Positions 39,905 to 49,183 of a stretch of 64,000 nt of DNA are shown here, in pieces. The number at the start of each line of letters is the position of its first letter. The stretch's first letter is position 1. Under the pieces are notes generated by a model, which saw only the letters and a list, made by a program, of their open reading frames with translations, did no database searches and was not told where the DNA came from. The stretch spans positions 1 through 64,000 of the forward strand of contig MCFE01000315.1 in the NCBI GenBank assembly GCA_002104905.1, written 5' to 3'. The position numbers and the translations under genes were made by a program. The DNA is from Basidiobolus meristosporus CBS 931.73. Its lineage: Eukaryota; Fungi; Basidiobolomycota.

Positions 39905-40616
39905 AGACTTGTTCTGTTGGATAGTGCCAAAAGATGCCATAGTGTGCCAGGGAGGCCAAATACACATATACTTGGCTACAAAGTGTGAAACATAAATCAG
40001 CATCTTCATGCAAATCACCCCCTATGTTTCACCCATAGTGTTGGAGAAAATCCATTTTTTGACCTTTTTTTTAGGTCAATGTTGTGCGGGATGTGTTAGA
40101 GCATAGAAGAACCAAAGACATGCATCAGGTACTCAATACCCATGGCACTCTGAATCTAACTCCTGTGGCTTGTAACATGTCACAAAAATGCATGGCACTA
40201 TCTTGGTCCACTGGTGCTATCTGTCACTATATTCAATCATTAGCCCTAAAGTAAGATCTATTCAAAGCGCTTATAGTGCTAGATAGTACCAGTGGACCAA
40301 GATAGTGCCATGCATTTTTGTGACATGTTACAAGCCACAGGAGTTAGATTTAGAGTGCCATGGGTATTGAGAACCTGATGCATGTCTTCAGTTCTTCTGT
40401 GCTCTTACACATCCTGCACAACATTGACCTAAAAAAATGTCAAAAACTGGATTTTTTCCAGCGTCATAGGTGAAACACAGGGGCTGCTTTGGACAAAGAT
40501 GCATAGCTATGTCTCACACTCTGTGGCCAAGTATAGGTTCATTTGGCCTCCCTGGCACACTATGGCATCATTTGGCACTCATGGCTCAATGTGGCACTAT
40601 CCAATGGAACAAGTCT
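39905..40616. mobile_element. Palindromic MITE, 712 bp
   Basis: Same family as 33375-34106 in opposite spacer orientation. TSD act/aat; the empty site is visible in the 30.0-kb homolog. Confidence 0.9.
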
Positions 40617-43600
40617 AATAACTTTGTGATTTGTGGCCTTTTGACAGGATCATCTCAATAATATGTCATAGCGGATGGTGATGAGATTGCTGAGTTTCTT
40701 GTATATACAAGTCTTGGATTCTCATTCAGACATAAGATACAAAGCAATTATCAGCAAATCAAGGAATTTCTTACATCACTCAAAGTTCCTGCTGATATTC
40801 TCATACATCAATGCACAAATTTTAAAAAGAAGGCTTTGAAGTTTATACTGCATGACTGCACACTTTTCAGAAGAAGAAAACATGGAGTTCCTTGATGGTA
40901 TATACAAAACAAGCATGATCAAGAGTAGATCATTCCAGAATTGCATGTATCTGAATCAGGAGGTCATAAGGGAATTACATCAACATATACAAAAATCTCC
41001 TTACGGTATATTGGCCTACACTATACACCAACACAAAAGAATATGTGAAATCATGTATTCCATGTCAAAGAAGAGACAACCAAAAGATGAATGAACCATT
41101 TCACAGTATTTACACATCTTATGCTTGGCAAATGGCACATGTAGAAATTATACAATTACCAAAGGCAACAGCAGGGAATAAGTGTGTAGTGGACTGTTGT
41201 GATAGCTTTACTGGTTGGATAGAGGCTAGAATGCTGAAGCAAGCCAATGCAAAAGCAGTAGCAAGATTTCTTAAAGAAGATGTGTATCTCAGATATTGTT
41301 CAGTTGGTACCCTTATTGCAGAAAATGTAGAATGTGGATCTTATGAAATACAAAAACAAGCAATGAAGCATAGAACCAAGCTTGTACATACTACACCATA
41401 CAACCTGCAAGCAAATTCACCAGTTGAATGTGGCCATTCCGCTTTTGCAAACACATTAGCAAATCTTAGCTATGAAGAACCCAACAAGTGGGCAAATAAC
41501 TTTCATGCAGCAATTTGGGCTGATAGAGTTACGGTTAAAAGAAGTACAGGGTATAAACCATTTCTTTTAATATATGGGCATGAAGCTGTTTTGCCAATAG
41601 ACACTTCTTTTGAGAATTGGTGTACCCTCCCATGGAAAGCAACCATGACAACATCAGAGCTATTGCTAGCAAGAGTATAGCAGATCCAACAAGCACACAC
41701 TCTGCAAAAGAATGCAATAGAAAACCTGAAGAAATCCAGAATGGCTGGCAAGGTGTACTTTAACACCCAAAAATGCCTAAGAAAAACATTGCTAGAAGTG
41801 GGTGAATTGATACTACTTAACAGCACCAAGAGCCAAAGAAACAAGGCACCCAAGCTGGAAATGCAATGGTAAGGTCCCTACAAGATCATACATGCAAACA
41901 AAAATGGATCTTACAAACTAGCTGTACTTGACAGTACACCATTTACACTGGCCCAGCCTGGAAACAGACTGAAGAAGTTCCATATCAGATTAATAGTGAG
42001 TGCATTATTTCTCAAAGTTAGGGGAGGCTTGTGGTAATGAAAAGTATTTCATTACTGCTATATCTCAAAATCAATATTGCACTCATTTCTTTATTTTGCT
42101 TTTTGCTATTGTAACACATAGTTGAAAGATCAAGAATTTACAATTTCAAAAGACAAATAATCCAGACCCTGATAAGCAATCTATCCATGAATATTATGAC
42201 CTACAGAACATGCAGTGGCCAACAAATGTTTCAAATTACAGCTCATTTGAAGCAGTACTTAATGAGTTATGACCAAAAGAGTCCAACTATTGTATGTACT
42301 AGGTCTCTATTGCTAGCATTACTATGGTAACTTTGATTGCCTGTAACTTTTGAAACAGCATGACAAATCACATGAAACTTCCACAGATGCTGCGCTAATG
42401 TCTGAACTACGCCACTGCAAAAATTTAGCTTTGTACCACATGTATTGCTTGCGCATTGCCCAAATATTTTGATCCTTCAGAAATATCATTTATATGACTT
42501 CCCCAGCTGAAAAACCAAGGAGAGACTCTCTTCCCAGAGCCTCCACACAACAATTACAAGCTTAAAGGTTATGAGACTTCCCCTGCATCACTTGCACTGT
42601 TGAGTATTCTGACATTGATTGGTACTACATCAATAGAGAGACTGAAAAGCTCACAAGAGCCCAATCTAAGTTCTACAAGAAACTACCACTTTGCTGTCGG
42701 AAAAGTCCCCTCTAAGAAACCCCTTTACTTGGAAGACACCCCTTGAGTCTAAAGGCCCATTCAGAGACTCCTTTGAGAAGCCCCTTTCTTTAAAGAAGCC
42801 CCTTTAGGCACCCCTTTAGTATAAAGTCCACATTAGAGACAACTACCAGAAGCCCCTTTGCACTCAAGACACTCCTTTAGGTCTAAATAACCGTTTAGAG
42901 ACTTCTATAACACACCTCTTTAGGTGAAAGGGGAGCTCAGAATTTCCATATCAGGAAATATTTGCTCAGAAAGGAAAGTAACTTCCAAATAAGGAAAAGC
43001 CACTATGAAGTTAATAGACTTGTTCCATTGTACCGTGCCAGGGCGTGCGGCGCAATCCGCGGTTGCAAAGAACAATCGGGCGCAATATTATAGCTACCAG
43101 AAGGCAGGATTGTTCTTGGATGATTTTGCACTATGCGGGACAATCTCGCACACTATGGCACAATCTGACACAATGAGGTTGGCGCGGATGATTGCGCCCA
43201 CTTGTAATGTTTGCATCACGTGCGCAATTGGATACCGCTATAATGGCAGGTAAAACCCGGTATTTGGATATGTTTCTTTAATGTAAATGGAAATAAATGT
43301 GTATCACACTATAAACTACACTGATACTTACCATTTTGGTTACCCTCACTCCAATTGGACGGTATCTCAGTGGTTAATTGGTCCAAAAGTATCCTGAAAC
43401 TGGCAGCCCCCAATTGGCTCATTGACTACTGAAAAAGCTACTTGATTTGCCATTAAATATCCCATTTTGCCCATTGAGCAAGTAAATCCCTGATCCTAGT
43501 GATTGGACAAGGTGTCATAGCTAGCACTCAAGCGATTGTGTAGGTACAAAACAGATCCAATAGCTGCACTGGTAGTACAGATGACGTATGTATATGCAGG

Positions 43601-43759
43601 GTGTTTATTTATAGGGGTTCTGTCTCAAATGTGAGACAACCTTGATATTACTTATATCAAAAATTTGATGATCACTGATTTGCGATGGCTCCATTCGGAT
43701 TGCCAAAAAAAAAGGGTTGTCGGGATCATTACAAATGTGAGCGATTCAAAGCGATCGCA

Positions 43760-45009
43760 TCATCTTCTCCTGGGTTTTTTTCTCACAGAAATTACTACTG
43801 AAGCATTTGGTAGTGACTCACTTTGCACACCTATACTACTTCCTGGCTGACTATCATCTTGGCTACTTGTGTATTTGTAGTCAGTATTTTGCCTCCTAGT
43901 TGATGAGTGCAATGCTGCAGCTTGGCCGCGCCGAATCGCTCCAACTGAACCAACTGAACTGGCCTGTAGTGCCACGCGCTGATGCGTTCTTTTACTTGCC
44001 AAGGGCTCCGGTGGTTGAGGCACTTCATGTTGGTCATCATCAGTCAGTTCACCAGAAGTAACTCGCTGATGGTCAGGCGAGACGGCACGCGCAGGCGCGC
44101 CTTGACGCGTTGAGATGGCCCTTGGCTGAGTTTGATGTGATGCCGCATGTTGACGCGACTCGGTCCGCTCCAATGGACTTGTGTCTAAATGACCAGTTTG
44201 GTGAGTTCTTGTAGTTTTGCTCTGAAGCGCGTGCGTTGACCCAACGCGGGTTGACTCAATGCACGTTGACTTGACGTGGGGCGTTCTGGTAAAGGGTGTT
44301 GGCGTACTCTGGACTGATGTGCGCCGGCGCGCTGTGGTTGCAAGAGATGGTAGGGAATCCAGCAAGGCGTGCTGGCGCAATCTGGACGATGTTGCTTGCG
44401 GTCTGTATTCTTCCTCCTGAGGCTCACCATCTGATTCCTCAAGGTATTCACTTACCCTCTGTCTGATACTTTGGAGCTGTTGCCTGGATGAGTCCTGTGT
44501 ATATTGCTCTCAGAAGCCACTTAGCTCTACTAATATATCACGTAGTACATTAGTCATTTGAGGCAAAATTTCTTTGGTTCCCAAAGTTGAGGCACAAACG
44601 GCCGCATCCGGCCCGTACTGTGCAAATTGCGCGCAAAATTGTTCCCGCGCGGCTTCTTTGTCAAATCCCTCACTCTCAGCTCATTCTTGATTTCAATACT
44701 TGTCTTGTTATATATCTTTTTACATACATTGGCTGGCATCTTTATGTAGAACTCATGCCACAGCTTTCTACTCAAATTCTTCCATCTTTGTCAACTCTCT
44801 GAGGTATCTAGTTCTGCTAGATTAATCAGTAGTGCCCAAATATCTGTATGAAGGCTCATCATAGACACTTGTGCCATACTAAAATCATTTGGCGAGAAAT
44901 CAAACGGATCTGACATCGACTTTTCTGGTCCGGACCACGCTTGTGAGCTGGGGGATGGGTTTTGTCTGGGTTGTACTAAAGATGAGTTGAGGCTTGGTAT
45001 GGGGACCAT
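43760..45009 (-). pseudogene. PHIS element ORF2 (accessory protein), with in-frame stops and a 1-nt deletion
   Basis: ORFs 44791-45009, 44554-44775 and 43760-44380 join when aligned to the copy at 48076-49205. Basic C-terminus SVRKKPRRR. Confidence 0.7.
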
Positions 45010-45368
45010 AGCAACAGATTTGGATACTTATACAGCAGTATATTGGCATCAACCTGGTCTTATATGAAATATATATGAAAACTAAAGTGATTGTTGAATT
45101 TTCCATACATTATGCATGATGCATCTTGGATTGTGTTGACACGGATCAGATCACATCAATCGCAGATTTCCTATTTGATTATAGACCTAGGATTAAACCA
45201 TCAATAAAAGTACCAAGGCATTGTTTGCGGATGATTTTTGCGACATAATGATGGGATACATGGCAATTGATGGAGATTTAACCAAAATGTGTTAAAAATC
45301 AGATAAATAACGCAGATCACGCCGAATCGATTCAAACCACCTCCATACAATCATCCATCAATTTTAAT

Positions 45369-46253
45369 ATGACTTACTCATCTGAATGGTCTTTTCTCAT
45401 CAATACCATCACTACCACTGGATTTCCTTTTGACACACTGGAGGAGATCTATACCAAGTACTGTGGACCATCAACCCCAATCTACTCAAGGAGATCCCTT
45501 GTTAAGCTTCTCTGCTATTACAAGAACTATTGCCCCACAAGGTTTCATCCCACCATCCATGGCAACAAAAGTCCTAGAAGCTTTCATTCCCAGCTGACAG
45601 CAATGGAGAACCACCTTGTAGAGGGTATGATTGACTTAGAGCAAGCTTGGAATACTAGGTTCAGAAGCTCCAATAGACTTCCATATCCTAGAGTGTTCAG
45701 CAACAGGTTCTATATAAGGAGTATTTTGGATACCTTCCCAGTGAGGATTAACAGACCTTCTAGAGGGCAGAGGCACTTTTATTCTGGCAAGTACAAGGCA
45801 CACTGTGTGAAGTTTCAAGCACTGTCTGACATTGAGGGTAACATCATCTGGTTTAGTGGGCCATTTGCTGGAAGTATGCATGACAAAGCACTCTGGGTAG
45901 AGAATCATCCTGAATTCAGTAGAGGGGAGAAATGTATGGCAGACTTAGCCCATACAGGAGAGGATTGTCAGAGATTAGGATGTATTACAGCTTATAGGAA
46001 GCCAAGGAATGGTGTGCTTAGCAGGAAGCAGAAGCTCTACAATGAGATATTTAATCATTTCAGAGTAAGGGTAGAGCACACATTTGGATATCTGAAGAGA
46101 TTCAGCATATTGGCAGGTTAATACAGAGGAAAGTCATATATAGGAGAAAACAGCAGAATAGGTAAAATAGTTAAGATACTTATTAATGCACAGTATGTTC
46201 ATACAAGAAGACATCCACTGAGAGAAATGTGTCTGGAGCATTATGAAGAGTAA
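45369..46253 (+). pseudogene. Harbinger-type DDE transposase (DDE_Tnp_4-like), one in-frame TAA at 46119-46121
   Basis: ILDTFP, YSGKYKAHCVKFQ, GSMHDKALW, MADLA, RVRVEHTFGYLKRF. The frame continues for 43 codons after the TAA to a TAA at 46251-46253. Confidence 0.9.
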
Positions 46254-46674
46254 ATAAAGCAAGGAAAGCACTATTCTGAGCAACACAAGTAAGATTGAGT
46301 AAAATTACCAGTAACTGTATCATACCACTGGCATCATGGTAGAAATTATAGTGCCAGATAGTGCCGTAGGGTGCCAGATTGATCAGGCACTATAAACAGG
46401 CTGGCACTATGTGGCACTATCCAACGGAACAAGTCTAATAAGCCCATTAGTGAGCAGAATGTCAGAACACTGCTGTAGAAGTGAGAAACACTGCCTATAG
46501 TATATTTTAAGCCTAAAATTGAGGATATTAGTGAAAGTTTTATCTTCTATTGGTATATCAAACTCCCAATAAACTATTTTGGTTTTAGCATACTGGAAGC
46601 TGTTGGATATTGCTGATTAGCCTCCACATTGTAGAACAAGCCCCAAACAAATCATAATACAACACAACAGATTT

Positions 46675-49183
46675 GGTTACTGGTAATTTTACTCAATCTT
46701 ACTTATGTTGTTCAGAGTAATGATTTCCTTGCTTTATTTATTCTTCATAATGCTCAAGACACATTTCTCTCAGTGGATGTCTTCTTGTACAAATGCACTG
46801 TGCATCGATAAGTATCTTAACTATTTTACCTATTCTGCTGTTTTAGCCTATATATGACTTTCCTCTGTATTAACCTGCCAATATGCTGAGTCTTGTTAGA
46901 TATCCAATTTGTATGCTGTACCCTCACTCTTATATGATTAAATATCTGATTGTAGAGCTTCTGCCTACTGCTAAGCACACCATTCCTTGGCTTCCTATAA
47001 GATATAATACATCTTGATCTCTGACAATCCTCTCCTATATAAGCCAAGTCTGCCATACATTTCTCCCTTCCACCAAACTCTGGATGATTCTCTACCCAGA
47101 GTGCTTTGACATGCCTATTTCCAGCAAATGGCCCACTAATCCAGATGATGTTACCCTCAATGTCAGACAGTGCCTGAAACTTCACACAATGTGCCTTGTA
47201 CTTGCAGAATAAAGGTGCCTCTGCCCTCTAGATGGTCAGTCAATCCTGACTGGGAAGGTATCCAAAATACTCCTTATATGGAACTTGTTGCTGAACACTC
47301 TGGGATATAGATGTCTATTGCAGCTTCTGAACCTAGTACTCCAAGCTTGTGCCTAGTCATTCATACCCTCTGCAAGGTGATTCTCCATTGCTTTCAGCTG
47401 GGAATGAAAGCTTCTAGGACTTTTGTTACCATGGATGGTGGGATGAAACCTTATGGGGCAATAGTTTATGTAATAGTAGACAAGCTTAACAAGGGATCTC
47501 TCAGAGTAGATTGGGGTGGATGGTCCACAGTGTCTTGATATAGATCTCCACTAACGCATCCAGATGAAATCCAGTGGTAGTGATGGGATTGATGAGAAAA
47601 GACCATTCAGATGAGTAGGTCATATTAAAATTGATAGATGACTGGGCTGAGGTGATTGGATTCAACTTGGCACAATCTGCTTTATTTTTCTGATTTTACA
47701 TGCATCATGATTAAATCTCCATCAATTGCCAGGTATCCCATCATTATGTTGTAAAAGTCATCCTCAAGCAATGACTTGGTATTTATATTGATGCTTTACT
47801 CACAAGTCTATAATCAAATAGGAAATTAGCAATTGTTGTGATCTGGTCCATGTCAATGCAATCCAAGATGCATCATGCTTAATATATGGAAAATTCAACA
47901 ATCACATTAGTTTTCATATAAATATCATATAAAACCAGGTTGATGCCAAGACACTACTGTATAAGTATCCAAATCTGTTGCTATGGTCCCTATGCCAAGT
48001 CTCAACTCATCTTAAGTACAACCCAGACAAAATTCATCCCCCAGCTCACAAGCATAGTCTGGACCAGAAAAGCTGATGTTGGATACATACAAGTTCTTGC
48101 CAAATAGTTTCAACATTGTCCAAGTGTCTATGATGAGCCTTCATGCAGATATTTGGGCACTACTCATGAATCTAGCAGAACTAGATACCTCAGAGAGTTT
48201 ACAAAGATGGCAGAACCTGAGTAGAAAGCAGTGGCATGAGTTCTACATCAAGATTCCAGCAAATGTATGTAAGAAGATATATAAAAAGACAAGTATAGAA
48301 ATCAAAATTGAGCTGAGAGAGAAGGGACTTGATGAGGAAGCTGCGCAGGAACAATTTGGCACGTGGTTTGTTCAGTATTGGCCAGACGCATCTGCTTGTG
48401 CCTCAACTTTAGGAACCAAAGTGGTTTTGAATGATTTTTGCCTCAAGTGACTAATATACTATGTGATATATTAGCAGGGATAAGTGGATTCCAGTAGCAA
48501 TATACACAGGACTCATCCAGGCAACAGTTCCAAAGTATCAGACACAGGGTAAGTAAATACCTTGAGGAGTCAGAAGGCAAGCTTCAAGAAGAAGAATACA
48601 GACTGCAAGCAACAGCATTGAGATTGTGCCAGTACACCTTGCTGGATTCCTTACCATTCCTTGCAACTTTGGCATGCCAGTACACATTAGTTCAAGCTCT
48701 GCCAACACCCGTCACAAGAGTGTCCTGCATTGAGTCAATGCATGTTGGGTCAACCTGCACACTTTGGAGCAATACCACCAGAACTTGCCAAGCTGCTCAT
48801 TGAGACACAAGTTCATTGGAGCAGGCTGAGTTGTGTCAACAAGCAGCATCATATCAAACTCAGCCAAGGGCCATGCAAGCTCATCAAGTTGTGTCTGCAC
48901 ATGCCGTGACACCTGACCATCAACAAGTTTCTTGTGGTGAACTGACTGATGATGACCCACATGAAGTGCCTCCACTACCAGAGCCTTTAGCAAGTAAAAG
49001 AACATGTCAGCACATAGCACAGCCAGCCAGCTCAGTTGCATCATCCAGAGCAACTCAGCACAGCCAAGCTGCAGCATTGCACTCATCAACTAGGAGGCAA
49101 AATACTGACTACAAATACACAAGTAGTCCAGAGGATAGTCAACAAGATAGTAGTTTTGGTATGCAAAGTGAATCACTACCAAA
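46675..49183. mobile_element. Second PHIS copy, inverted, both termini lost
   Basis: Transposase on - (ORF 46826-47185 etc.) and ORF2 on + (48076-49205). It joins Gypsy gag at ~49183. Confidence 0.85.

Larger units (their letters stand above)
34717..40673. mobile_element. Full-length degenerate CACTA/EnSpm-like DNA transposon (Tnp2 on -, ORF-X on +)
   Basis: Imperfect TIRs ccatatgaaaaataatt / (rc) cgctatgacatattatt with TSD GAT/GAT. Removal restores Gypsy pol in frame (PDALSKKQSNSLSLTD-GDEIAEFL). Confidence 0.85.
32570..42029 (+). mobile_element. Ty3/Gypsy family 2 pol (RT, RNase H, integrase), degenerate, split by nested insertions
   Basis: RT: LYLGYDQI, MTRIPQGWTNS, PFLDDIAV. RH: DSSGIGVGG, KKEALGV, YKGPDALS. 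INT: GGHKGI...SCIPCQ, VDCCDSFTGWIEA, QANSPVECGH, GPYKI. PPT aggggaggct before the LTR. No chromodomain seen. Confidence 0.9.
43016..46436. mobile_element. PHIS-superfamily (PIF/Harbinger-related, Pangu-like) DNA transposon, 3421 bp, two divergent ORFs
   Basis: Termini AGACTTGTTCC(A/G)TTG, TSD AAT/AAT, DDE transposase on + and ORF2 on -. The empty site is seen in the 58.56-kb LTR homolog. Confidence 0.9.
42030..46670 (+). repeat. Gypsy family 2 3' LTR, interrupted by the PHIS element and truncated
   Basis: tgtggtaatgaaaag follows the PPT. 42030-43015 plus 46440-46670 align with the intact copy at 57708-58819. Confidence 0.8.
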
